Below are positions 41,420 through 53,975 of a DNA stretch of 60,000 bases, in pieces (position 1 is the stretch's first letter; every line of letters starts with the position of its first letter). Source of the stretch: Laetmonice hystrix (lineage: Eukaryota); contig OZ249436.1 of assembly GCA_965235115.1 (NCBI GenBank), forward strand, positions 17,858,001 through 17,918,000, in the 5' to 3' direction. The position numbers were made by a program, and so were the translations under genes. Below the pieces are notes generated by a model. It was given only the letters and a program-made list of their open reading frames with translations, ran no database searches and was not told the DNA's origin.

Positions 41420-41640
41420 TACAGATTACATACCCAGGTAATTTCTCTGTGAGAAACTGTGAGGGTATGTGTAACATGTATGTATTTTTATATACATGTA
41501 TATTACGGATTACATACCTAGGTAATCTCTCTGTGAGAAGCTGTGAGTGTATGTATTTTGTATGTATGTATTTTTACATAGCCAGGTAATCTCTGTGCGA
41601 AATACATGTATGTATTTTTACGGATTACATACCCAGGTGA
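41420..41640. repeat. Degenerate tandem repeat, 3-4 copies
   Basis: Recurring GATTACATACCCAGGTAATCTCTCTGTGAGAA...ATGTATGTATTTTTA. Confidence 0.75.
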
Positions 41641-41939
41641 GTTATATGTACACTGATATCAAATTCCGCATCCGTTGATCACCATCCAACAGTGTTATTT
41701 TATGTACATATTGTATTAGATCAGTTAACAATTAAAATACAGGAGTGAGAACGCTCTCTGCTATACCAACTCTAAAGTTCCATGGGCTGCAATGCATGAA
41801 ACACGAGATTTCAGAGGATTTCCTGCATGAAGAAAACAGGAAGCGTGCAGCAACATTCTATTTATTAAACTTAAATAATGCATTCTATGTGTCTATGGGG
41901 AAACAGCGTGCACTGATACGTTTTTAATTCTGTATCCAG

Positions 41940-42137
41940 CGTTAAGTCTGGGAAGAAACTCCCCAGTTCTACCCTACCCTGAGATACGGTCCCTGCCAGA
42001 CGAGCGTCTCCAACGACCTCTGTCGATGTGTCAGCTCGCGCCACCTCGATCAAACCCACCGTCACGTGACCACAAAAGACGTGAGGACATATTTACCCGT
42101 GCTACCAGGAGGTGGCGCTGTGAGAGCGAGAATCATG
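41940..42137 (+). CDS. Candidate internal exon (198 nt, phase 1-1), product unknown
   Basis: Acceptor TTTTTAATTCTGTATCCAG, donor ATG|GTAAGT, open frame LSLGRNSPVLPYPEIRSLPDERLQRPLSMCQL...ESENH; no homology recognised. Confidence 0.25.
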
Positions 42138-42514
42138 GTAAGTTACCTGAGTCACAATCTTTTGATCTAGGACTTAGTGACCGAGACAATACAGATCCTG
42201 GAAAAACATAGCTCCTCTCGGTACATCTGTATTTATAGCACATTGTATGTGATCTTTAAAGGAGCAGGATTCTTTTGATCAGTTGCCAGTTCAGATATAC
42301 CGGCCTCGTTTCAATAGAGAGCTCCTATCTAAGCCACATATAATGTTTAATTGTATAGCCGTGAAGACTGCTACCCTATATATAACAGCGACATACATCG
42401 GCAATCGATTGGTTAACGCCTCACAGAGCTAACAAATACCTAACGATTCCCGTAGGGCAGTGATGTTATATAAAGAGCAGGGAAATGACGTCGGGTCAAC
42501 CAGTCCGTCTAGAT

Positions 42515-42527
42515 GAGAGAGCGAGAC

Positions 42528-42580
<53 letters not shown>

Positions 42581-42735
42581 GAGACACAGACAGAGAGAGT
42601 TAATTACACACAGACACGGACAGACAAAGCTAGAGAGACACAGGGGTCGAGAGAGACACATACGGGGAGAGACAGAGACAGAGCTAGAGAAAAAAAGAGA
42701 GAATGAGACAGAGACACAGAGAGATGGAAAGAAAC

Positions 42736-42770
<35 letters not shown>

Positions 42771-42783
42771 CAAAGACAGACAG

Positions 42784-42826
<43 letters not shown>

Positions 42827-43005
42827 CATGTAGGAAAGGGTGGGGAGAGAAAGCGAGAGACAAGGAGAGAGAGCCAGAGAGAGACAGGACAGAGACACAC
42901 ACTTAGAAAGCGACAGAGACAGAGAGACACACATAGAGAGACACAGAGAAGGGTTGGGAGAGAAGGCGAGAGACAAGAACAGAGACAGAGACAGCGACAG
43001 AGAGA
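42515..43005. repeat. Compound (AG)n/(AGAC)n microsatellite
   Basis: Long AG and ACAG runs; source of the ER/SL ORFs. Confidence 0.93.
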
Positions 43006-44464
43006 AGTTGGTACTCTGCGCCCACACAGTGCAACCTAATACCCAATCTCTCCTCATGGGGGCGCGCCGAGTTTCCGTTCTGGACACGGATTCTTTGAAC
43101 TCCGTGCGCATGCTCAGGTGAGTGTGAATATTACCAGACCGAGCGTCCCTACACAAAGGTAAGGCATTCCTGACGGGTGACGGCTGTTACAGTTACCTGA
43201 GTCTCTACCAGGTGGCGCTGGGGGGGGGGGGGGGCAAGCTGCGTAGACTGAAAACATGACATTTTGGCAATGTCCTGAAAATAAGCGTTTCCCCTTTTTT
43301 AAATGTTGTTTTCTTTCCTTCGCCTTCCCGTCTTTCTAATTACTCAAGTAAGTATTTTCTTCGTCAGTTTACGGCATATTTGCACTCAGCTAAACATGTG
43401 AACGGATTAAACAGAACGAAATTTTGTAAATAAACTAAACCTTCAGGTCGACTTACCGGAAATCGAACTTTATTCTTCTCAGAAAAATGGAATAAAACCA
43501 CTCGTGTGCAGAGTGGCCTTGGAGCTAGTGATTGTTAGTGGCGTGAGAACAATTGAAGACCGTATAGAGGAGATGATGAGACGGAATATGTTATGCCGCG
43601 CAGGATTTGGAAATAATTAGTCGTATTTAAGTATTGTTCTGATCGCCTGACCTCAACTGGACAAACAACCCCTGCGTTATTTGTGTAGCTCATGTATCAT
43701 TTGGCCTCCAGTCACGAAGCTGTTGTCACCCAACCAGATGCCATCAAGAGATCTGCCATAGTCGGGCACAGTGTCAGCGGCAAGTCTTCCTCGCCGTCTT
43801 GTACACAAACAATACAACAATAAATCGAGGGGAGCCAAATTAGGGAGGTTTGGTTACGTTGGCCTGGTCGGCCAAACCGCTCAGGCTGCTGTGCCCTGGA
43901 GCTATGGACTCTGACCATCGCTCCATTGGATAGCCGCTGGCGACGAAACGTTGAGAACGAGAGGAGAGGCCGTCATCTCCTGACCTGTCTGACCCCGAGG
44001 TCACACAGGCTGTTCACGACGTTTGTGAACGTCATGTAACCGAGCTATGATTAGTCTACACCAAGGTGTCCGTCAATAGACTCACCTCGTGTGCGTCGTG
44101 TACGGCCTGGGGTCAGCAGGGAAGCTTTCTCATTAGGTCCCCACTTAATTTTAAACTAGGCACCTACCTAGTAAAAATTTCACTAAATAATAACTACACT
44201 TTATTCTAGAGGGTTTTGTAAACAAGAAGGTGGTTTGCGACATCGGAGAATTCAGAAGTTTTAAATGATTAGATCTACGCCTACTTGCTCATACTCTCCA
44301 GGTCAAAGTGTTCTTGACGTTTCGTCCTTCTTACGTCTGATCTCGCCAGGTCACGCACCCAGAACGAGGCTATGGGTCACAGAGACTGGAGGATTTATCG
44401 GTTCGACTCGAGCTTGGCACCGGACCCTGGATCGACATGCATGGGACACTGCAGGACTATAGTC

Positions 44465-44860
44465 CTGGACCCTCCCTGGACCAACCCAAAATTAGCCCTG
44501 GACCGACTTGGGCCACAAAACAAGTTATGGAACAGCCCTGGACAAACCCTTGGCCAGCTCTGGGCCAACTTGCGCCACAAGACCAGCCCTTGACCAGCCC
44601 TGGACAAACCCTGGGCCAACTTGGGCCACAGGGCCGGCGTTGTCGCTGTCCTCCGTCACGTCGTGACGTTCGCCCACAGACAGACGCCGGACAGACGCTG
44701 GGCCAGTCTCTGGCGTTGTGACTGTCGTCCGTCACGTCGTGACGTTCGCCCACAGACAGACGCCGGACAGACGCTGGGCCACAGACAGACGCCGGACAGA
44801 CGCTGGGCCTGTCTCTGGCGTTGTGACTGTCGTCCGTCACGTCGTGACGTTCGCCCACAG
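44465..44860. repeat. Composite degenerate repeat: GCCCTGGACAAACCCT units, then ~76-bp units
   Basis: GGCGTTGTGACTGTCGTCCGTCACGTCGTGACGTTCGCCCACAGACAGACGCCGGACAGACGCTGGGCC about 3 times. Confidence 0.85.
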
Positions 44861-46050
44861 TGAGACGTCCCCCGGGCCTGAACTGTGTGTTCGCGGTGAC
44901 AGCACCACCCGCTCACCGTGTTCGTCTCTATCCCCCGGCCATACCTGATGACGTTACAATGATTCAGGTTGGCGGACGCCAGCGTCTCCAGGCCAGCCGT
45001 ACTACCTGAGGCGGTAATCGGGCGTCATTGTTTCTATAGTCGCTGGCCGCTGGCCACGGTCCAGCCGCACAGCCCAGCTGGCCAACACCGCCAGGGGCGC
45101 TGTCCTCGCCCGTAGCCGGCGGCCACGTGTCCACCAACCAGCGCACACTCTCGGATCCCGCCAAACGGTTGTCATGTGTGCGACGTCCGTTATGTACCTC
45201 AGTGACGCCGTCAAAACGCCATCCGTCCATCAACTGGATTTTTGGCAGCGTACTCTTAAACGTGACCTGCTGTAACGTTAGTCATGTCAGATTTAAATAC
45301 AGAGGCCTAACTCTGGCAAGTTCCCATATAAAATTATATACAGAACCCCCGTCCATCGGTAAAGCTCTAGGAGGCACAACTAAACAACAGAAACTTGTCC
45401 CAATAAAATGGTAATAAAACAACACCAACTTTACGTAACACTGGGATTTCGTTTCCCTCTTTACCAGCAGTAAAAATGTTCTTTTTATTATCACTTGTTA
45501 GTTCCCAGATTACGACCAATGGGTCCTCATCGATTGACAATGTTTCAGAGGCAATGTAACAGTCTGTAAACAAGACACGATTTTATAAACCCAAAAAGGT
45601 ATCTTTGTCACGTTGAAGCAGCTACGATATCCTGGGCACGCAATTAATATCGAACATTCTGCTTTCCGGTTCCGGTCTGGGAGACGCCAACCGATGTGAC
45701 GGAACCTCTCCCATCATGCACTGTGGTGGTGCGTACGTACTTCCGCCGCGGGGGAGAACTCGGAAACAACAGAACGCTGTAACTAACCTACATCTGCCGG
45801 GGTGGGGGCGGAATGTTTTCATCTGACGACCATCATACACTATTTTTTATTTCCTCCCTCCTCCTTTAGCTGCCTTAACCCTACACATTGTAAAGCCAGT
45901 AGCTGAGGGATGGGCGAGTTGTGCTGCCAGCCTTGCTGACGTCATGAATTATAGTCTGTGGACAGCGTCGAACTCGTCTGTGTTCATTATGGACGGTAGT
46001 GGTACTCGCACTGTTACCGCACGCTTCACATTCCGTTGGTGGCGTCTGCA

Positions 46051-46206
46051 GGTTACCGCATGGTTACCGCTAGTTACGGCATAGTTACCTCATGGTTACC
46101 GCAAAGTTACCGCATGGTTACCACATGGTTACCGCATAGTTAACCTATGGTTACCGCAAAGTTACCGCATGGTTACCACATGGTTACCGCATAGTAAACT
46201 CATGGT
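46051..46206. repeat. 11-bp tandem repeat
   Basis: GGTTACCGCAT variants. Confidence 0.9.
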
Positions 46207-46379
46207 CCCTCTCGCCCATTTGTTCTAGGTGCCACTATTATATGAAACCAGATTTTAGGACGCCCTAAGTATTATTCTTCTTTAACGACTGCAACCTTCC
46301 CCCGCGGTCTGACGGTAACTTCCATAGATACATCGAGAACAACGTCCGATAAATTAAATTTACACCTGCCGGAAATCAA

Positions 46380-49053
46380 TAGTCGTCCTCCAACATTACT
46401 CAGCACAGGACTGACACGGTGGATCTCACTGTCGGTGATATAGTGGTCCTCCAACATTACTCAGCACAGGACTGACACGGTGGATCTCACTGTCGGTGAT
46501 ATAGTCGTCCTCCAACATTACTCAGCACAGGACTGACACGTTGGATCTCACTGTCGGTGATATAGTCGTCCTCCAACATTACTCAGCACAGGACTGACAC
46601 GGTGGATCTCACTGTCGGTGATATAGTCGTCCTCCAACATTACTCAGCACAGGACTGACACGGTGGATCTCACTGTCGGTCATATAGTGGTCCTCCAACA
46701 TTACTCAACACTGACACGGTGGATCTCACTGTCGGTGATATAGTCGTCCTCCAACATTACTCAGCACAGGACTGACACGGTGGATCTCACTGTCGGTGAT
46801 ATAGTCGTCCTCCAACATTACTCAGCACAGGACTGACACGGTGGATCTCACTGTCGGTGATATAGTCGTCCTCCAACATTACTCAGCACAGGACTGACAC
46901 GGTGGATCTCACTGTCGGTGATATAGTCGTCCTCCAACATTACTCAGCACAGGACTGACACGGGGGATCTCACTGTCGGTGATATAGTGGTCCTCCAACA
47001 TTACTCAGCACAGGGCTGACACGGTGGATCTCACTGTCGGTGATATAGTCGTCCTCCAACATTACTCAGCACAGGACTGACACGGTGGATCTCACTGTCG
47101 GTGATATAGTCGTCCTCCAACATTACTCAGCACTGACACGGTGGATCTCACTGTCGGTGATATAGTCGTCCTCCAACATTACTCAGCACTGACACGGTGG
47201 ATCTCACTGTCGGTGATATAGTCGTCCTCCAACATTACTCAGCACAGGACTGACACGGTGGATCTCACTGTCGGTGATATAGTCGTCCTCCAACATTACT
47301 CAGCACAGGACTGACACGGTGGATCTCACTGTCGGTGATATAGTCGTCCTCCAACATTACTCAGCACAGGACTGACACGTTGGATCTCACTGTCGGTGAT
47401 ATAGTCGTCCTCCAACATTACTCAGCACAGGACTGACACGGTGGATCTCACTGTCGGTGATATAGTCGTCCTCCAACATTACTCAGCACAGGACTGACAC
47501 GGGGGATCTCACAGTCGGTGAGATAGTGGTCCTCTAACATTACTCAGCACAGGACTGACACGGTGGATCTCACTGTCGGTGATATAGTCGTCCTCCAACA
47601 TTACTCAGCACAGGACTGACACGGTGGATCTCACTGTCGGTGATATAGTCGTCCTCCAACATTACTCAGCACTGACACGGTGAATCTCACTGTCGGTGAT
47701 ATAGTCGTCCTCCAACATTACTCAGCACTGACACGGTGGATCTCACTGTCGGTGATATAGTCGTCCTCCAACATTACTCAGCACAGGACTGACACGGTGG
47801 ATCTCACTGTCGGTGATATAGTCGTCCTCCAACATTACTCAGCACAGGACTGACACGGTGGATCTCACTGTCGGTGATATAGTCGTCCTCCAACATTACT
47901 CAGCACAGGACTGACACGTTGGATCTCACTGTCGGTGATATAGTCGTCCTCCAACATTACTCAGCACAGGACTGACACGGTGGATCTCACTGTCGGTGAT
48001 ATAGTCGTCCTCCAACATTACTCAGCACAGGACTGACACGGGGGATCTCACAGTCGGTGAGATAGTGGTCCTCTAACATTACTCAGCACAGGACTGACAC
48101 GGTGGATCTCACTGTCGGTGATATAGTCGTCCTCCAACATTACTCAGCACAGGACTGACACGGTGGATCTCACTGTCGGTGATATAGTGGTCCTCCAACA
48201 TTACTCAGCACTGACACGGTGGATCTCACTGTCGGTGATATAGTGGTCCTCCAACATTACTCAGCACAGGACCGACACGGTGTATCTCACTGTCGGTGAT
48301 ATAGTGGTCCTCCAACATTACTCAGCACTGACACGGTGGATCTCACTGTCGGTGATATAGTGGTCCTCCAACATTACTCAGCACAGGACTGACACGTTGG
48401 ATCTCACTGTCGGTGATATAGTGGTCCTCCAACATTACTCAGCACTGACACGGTGTATCTCACTGTCGGTGATATAGTCGTCCTCCAACATTACTCAGCA
48501 CTGACACGGTGGATCTCACTGTCGGTGATATAGTGGTCCTCCAACATTACTCAGCACAGGACTGACACGGTGGATCTCACTGTCGGTGATATAGTCGTCC
48601 TCCAACATTACTCAGCACTGACACGTTGGATCTCACTGTCGGTGATATAGTGGTCCTCCAACATTACTCAGCACTGACACGGTGGATCTCACTGTCGGTG
48701 ATATAGTGGTCCTCCAACATTACTCAGCACTGACACGGTGGATCTCACTGTCGGTGATATAGTCGTCCTCCAACATTACTCAGCACTGACACGGTGGATC
48801 TCACTGTCGGTGATATAGTGGTCCTCCAACATTACTCAGCACAGGACTGACACGGTGGATCTCACTGTCGGTGATATAGTCGTCCTCCAACATTACTCAG
48901 CACTGACACGGTGGATCTCACTGTCGGTGATATAGTGGTCCTCCAACATTACTCAGCACAGGACTGACACGGTGGATCTCACTGTCGGTGATATAGTCGT
49001 CCTCCAACATTACTCAGCACAGGACTGACACGGGGGATCTCACTGTCGGTGAT
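46380..49053. repeat. Minisatellite, 61/56-bp unit, ~45 copies
   Basis: TAGTCGTCCTCCAACATTACTCAGC(ACAGG)ACTGACACGGTGGATCTCACTGTCGGTGATA. Confidence 0.97.
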
Positions 49054-49447
49054 GCGCAATGTTATCAAAGTAAAACTGAAGGTCCCTACTGGCGTAACAC
49101 ATGTAATTCTCCGAAGTTCTGCCATTCTTGTGGATATTACTGCTCATATGAATATTTTAAGATAGATCAAATCTTCAAAGAAAATATATATGTCATAAAC
49201 GTTATAAGCTGGCTTTCATTCCATTTTCGGGGTAGGCCACGCCGGATTTTGTGTAAACCGTGTTAAAGCACCGACACAATACAGTATACGTGACGAGGGA
49301 ATCGAGGCCAGGGGCTGTCGGCGTTACCATGGCAATCATATGGTTTACACAGTCTGTATAGATTTACCTTTTTCATCGCACCTGTTGAACAGAAGATCAA
49401 AGGAAGCCGCCATATGTCACCATCGGACACCTTTACTGAGGGCATAC

Positions 49448-50070
49448 CACAGGATTCATGTCGATCTCCGCGTCGATAGCTCCGTGACAGTCCATCTCGA
49501 CCTCGTTTTCGATCTCGAAGTCATACCGTATCTTAAGACTCTGAATCTATTCCTCTTTAAAAGAAAAGACCATCGCCAGTCTGTATAGGCCAGGCACACA
49601 TGCCGTGATATTCTAAGCAAGTTAAAAAATATTTGAACACAATTGGTGCTCAGATGGTTAAGATATAGGCACTTTAGTGCCGGAGGCTTCTTACAACCTG
49701 CTCAGCTGGTGAAGGCCGCCATTCCTTGGGCTAATCTCAAAGTGCGCATGCTCGCCCTAGGCGAGCATGCGCAGCACGACTGCTCTCCAGTTTGGGAGGA
49801 ACTGAAAGCTGACGCACCTGTTGCGTTGATCGATTTGGAAGGCAGCGAACGTTGACAGCTTATAAGCAAAATTTGTTAGAACATAGACGAAAACCATCGA
49901 TAGTGATGAGGAATGGCTAGGAAAAGCCTACCGATGTCAGGGGACATATCAGGGTGGATATGGATCTGGGCAGCCGTGGGTTTCGGCCGCCTGCATTCGT
50001 CCCACTTGGATTCGTGCATGCGTGGGATGTTGACGGGAGCTCTGGCCTCTGAGGCCCGGAGCCATTCTGA
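49448..50070 (-). CDS. Candidate three-exon coding fragment (50070-49932, 49858-49818, 49546-49448), product unknown
   Basis: GT-AG introns with compatible phases (1 then 0) give SEWLRASEARAPVNIPRMHESKWDECRRPKPTAAQIHIHPDMSPDIAVNVRCLPNRSTQQIQSLKIRYDFEIENEVEMDCHGAIDAEIDMNPV; last segment rich in GC3 codons; CTAAC branch-like motif before the 49858 acceptor; no homology recognised. Confidence 0.3.
49743..49773. other. Perfect 14-bp-stem inverted repeat with NRF1-like GCGCATGC arms
   Basis: TGCGCATGCTCGCC-CTA-GGCGAGCATGCGCA. Confidence 0.85.
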
Positions 50071-50238
50071 CTACGACCGCGAGCAATGGCAGTGTCAGCA
50101 TGGTCAGTACAGACCTGCTGCGTTTAGTTGTGACTGTGACAGTGACTGTGGGACTGACCCCCGTCGATTTGCCACCCGCCTCGGCTGCCGTTTAGCCTAG
50201 TATAGCCTAGCCCTGGCATGCAAAAGATTAGCCCTGGA

Positions 50239-50279
50239 ACGTCACTTCCGGTCAGCCCAATAGCAACAAATGGCTGCGC
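50239..50279. promoter_or_regulatory. Housekeeping-type promoter motif cluster (ETS-CRE composite, CCAAT, YY1-like)
   Basis: ACGTCACTTCCGG (reverse of CCGGAAGTGACGT), CCAAT and AAATGGCTGC; consensus donor AAG|GTGAGT at 50371/50372. Confidence 0.45.
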
Positions 50280-50745
50280 TGCTGAAGCCAGTGATTTTGA
50301 CACGGTTGTCATGTTCAATATATGACTTCTTGGAATAGGGGGACATTTATTTCCAACCACTACTCTGAAAGGTGAGTATATATAGAGGCCTTGCAGCTGT
50401 CCAAATGTGATTTTTGACTGGTCTTCTCCTTTAACACAGCCAGTCCGAGACTGTGTTTAACAGCCACCCAATATACTGTTTAGAGTTTAGCTCTGCCCCT
50501 TTCTTTTTCGTCCTTCACACAGCCATCCTCTGTTTTAAGAGTCACCTTCAGTTTTATCAGCCAGCCCCTGTTTATCAGCCACCGTCATATAGAAATACCG
50601 TTTAGACTTGTAGCTCTGTCCATTTTCGTCCTTAACACAGCAATCCTCTGTGTTATCTGCCACCTTTTGTTTTATCAGCCAGCCTCTGTATGCATCCCTC
50701 TCTAACTGGATTACACAATTATAAAGCTTACCTCTCCTATACTCC

Positions 50746-50912
50746 CAGGGCCGTAGCCTGGCCCAAATACGCGGGGGGGGGGGGGGGGCAATAGACCTGC
50801 CACGTGATAGCGCGTCATTGCACCGGGCGAGCTGGCCCGGAGTGTGGGGTAAAAAAAGCACACAGAAAACTGGAAATCCCAGGGGGCAGCCCCCCCCCCC
50901 CCTACGGCCCTG
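50746..50912. mobile_element. 167-bp hAT-like MITE with 5-bp TSD
   Basis: TIR CAGGGCCGTAG...CTACGGCCCTG, internal polyG/polyC, flanked on both sides by ACTCC (50741-45 and 50913-17). Confidence 0.85.
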
Positions 50913-50964
50913 ACTCCGCTGTCAGTCAATGTAAGAATTGTGAGACAAACTGCCACTCGCCTCA

Positions 50965-51717
50965 CCACTGACAGCCTGTACATTAATAAAGACCCCACAC
51001 TGACAGCCTGTACATTAATAAAGACCCCACACTGACAGCCTGTACATTAAGCTAAGACCACACACTGACAGCCTGTACATTAATAAAGACCCCACAGTGA
51101 CAGCCTGCACATTAAGCTAAGACCACACACTGACAGCCTGTACATTAAGCTAACACCACACACTGACAGCCTGTACATTAAGCTAACACCACACACTGGC
51201 AGCCTGTACATTAAGCTAAGACCACACACTGACAGCCTGTACATTAAGCTAAGACCACACACTGACAGCCTGTACATTACACACTGACAGCCTGTACATT
51301 AAGCTAAGACCACACACTGACAGCCTGTACATTAAGCTAAGACCACACACTGACAGCCTGTACATTAAGCTAAGATCACACACTGACAGCCTGTACATTA
51401 AGCTAAGACCACACACTGACAGCCTGTACATTAAGCTAAGACCACACACTGACAGCCTGTACATTAAGCGAAGACCACACACTGACAGCCTGTACATTAA
51501 GCTAAGACCACACACTGACAGCCTGTACATTACACACTGACAGCCTGTACATTAAGCTAAGACCACACACTGACAGCCTGTACATTACACACTGACAGCC
51601 TGTACATTAAGCTAAGACCACACACTGACAGCCTGTACATTAAGCGAAGACCACACACTGACAGCCTGTACATTAAGCTAAGACCACACACTGACAGCTT
51701 GTACATTAAGCTAAGAC
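50965..51717. repeat. Minisatellite, 33-bp unit with shortened variants, ~23 copies
   Basis: CACACTGACAGCCTGTACATTAAGCTAAGACCA. Confidence 0.96.
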
Positions 51718-52324
51718 TCCACCAGACAGAAGTGTGAACTAGTGGCGGAACAAACGGAACGAAAGCTGCATTGTTTCTCTTTCCGTTTCCTCAGGCTGGA
51801 TTCACCTGTTATGTTGACTGCTCATGTTTTACGACACATCAAACGGACGAGAAAGCTTCAGGAGGGGCTGAGACGCCGTGAAAGGATGGCTTGGCTTCTA
51901 GGGTGAGATCAATGACGTTGTGGGAGCGCCACCCTGAGCGTCCTGCCAAGGAACGCTACCTTGGGCGTCCCTCCTCCTCCGATACGATGATCCCGATGGG
52001 CGGCTGCTGAGTTCCCTTTGATGTCCTCGAAACGTGATGATTTATTTACTCCGAACGGCGAGAATGCTACAATTGATAAGTCTGCACAAAATTAGGTCGA
52101 TGTTTGCCTTCCTTCCAAACGATTGGGCGGACGTGAAGTCCCCTCTTTGACGTGAAGATTTCCTGAGCATGTAGTCGGGGCCCACTCGACAAGCGGACAA
52201 TACCGGGCGGGAGGAGAGGTGGTCTACATTAACCCTTCTACATAACCCTGGGCGATGTCTTTAAGGTGGAAAAAATGAGGGCGAGGGATGGACAGAATTG
52301 TATCCTGGAATAACATAGAAAACA

Positions 52325-52560
52325 TCAATCACTCACACATTTATCTAACTCAATCGCTCACACATTTAGCTAACTTTATCACCTACACATGTAGCTAACT
52401 CTATCACCCGCACATGTAGCTAACTATCACTCACACATGTAGCTACCTCTATCACCCACACATGTAGCTAACTCTAACTCACACATGTAGCTAACTGTCA
52501 CATATATAGATAACTATCACCCACACATGTAGCTAACGCTATCACTCACACATTTAGCAT
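52325..52560. repeat. Degenerate ~25-bp tandem repeat
   Basis: TCACTCACACATGTAGCTAACTCTA variants. Confidence 0.85.
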
Positions 52561-53009
52561 TTAGCAAGGGGAAGTTGACGCCCCCGCTCGTTGTAGCAAG
52601 AACGCCAGAACTAATAGCATAAAGAGAAACGAACTTGAATTGGTCTCGAAGACCTTGACGCTTTGTTATGGCATCATTTGGCAGGAGGAGATGGCCTTCA
52701 AGGCTGACTGGTCTAATCCCACCCCAGCTTACAGTCCCAGGGACAATCTCTGGATAATCCAGACTTGGTGATTAATTGACCATTAATGATAACGCCGACC
52801 AGGTTGTCTGCGACTAGATCTGCAGCACTGATCTAATCAATGGGATTATGAAGGTTTTATTACCCCCTGCCCCACCAACACCCCCATCCGTGCCACCCTC
52901 CCCCCACCCCAACCCCCATCCCCACCGAACGCTTGGCTAACCGCCCACAGCCTTCTCGCCATGACAACATTAATCCAATTAAACCCTTGACCAGGCTGGA
53001 CTCTGCCAC

Positions 53010-53975
53010 CATCTCCGTGACGATCATCGTCTTGAGAGCAACATACCCGAGCAACACATCTCCGTGACGTTCATCGTCTTGAGAGCACCATACCCGAGCA
53101 ACACATCTCCGTGACGTTCATCGTCTTGAGAGCACCATACCCGAGCAACACATCTCCGTGACGTTCATCGTCTTGAGAGCAACATACCCGAGCAACACAT
53201 CTACGTGACGTTCATCGTCTTGAGAGCAACATACCCGAGCAACACATCTCCGTGACGATCATCGTCTTGAGAGCAACATACACGAGCAACACATCTCCGT
53301 GACGATCATCGTCTTGAGAGCAACATACCCGAGCAACACATCTCCCTGACACTCATCGTCTTGAGGGCAACATACCCGAGCAACACATCTCCGTGACGCT
53401 CATCGTCTTGAGAGCAACATACCCGAGCAACACATCTCCGTGACACTCATCGTCTTGAGAGCAACATACACGAGCAACACATCTCCGTGACGCTCATCGT
53501 ATTGAGAGCAACATACCCAAGCAACACATCTCCGTGACGCTCATCGTATTGAGGGCAACATACCCGAGCAACACATCTCCGTGACGCTCATCGTCTTGAG
53601 GGCAACATACCCGAGCAACAGATTTCCGTGACGCTCATCGTCTTGAGAGCAACATACCCGAGCAACACATCTCCGTGACGATCATCGTCTTGAGGGCAAC
53701 ATACCCGAGCAACAGATTTCCGTGACGCCCATCGTCTTGAGAGCAACATACCCGAGCAACACATCTCCGTGACGATCATCGTCTTGAGAGCAACATACCC
53801 GAGCAACAGATTTCCGTGACGCCCATCGTCTTGAGAGCAACATACCCGAGCAACACATCTCCGTGACGCTCATCGTCTTGAGAGCAACATACCCGAGCAA
53901 CACATCTCCGTGACGCTCATCGTCTTGAGAGCAACATACCCGAGCAACACATCTCCGTGACGCTCATCGTCTTGA
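53010..53975. repeat. Minisatellite, 47-bp unit, ~20 copies
   Basis: CATCTCCGTGACGCTCATCGTCTTGAGAGCAACATACCCGAGCAACA. Confidence 0.97.

Noticed and set aside
42485..43156. ER/SL-rich ORFs (also 13875-14612, 22512-22793)
   Set aside because: Translations of AG/CT microsatellites
44395..44422. tRNA/SINE B-box-like GGTTCGACTC
   Set aside because: No pairing T-stem, A-box or cloverleaf
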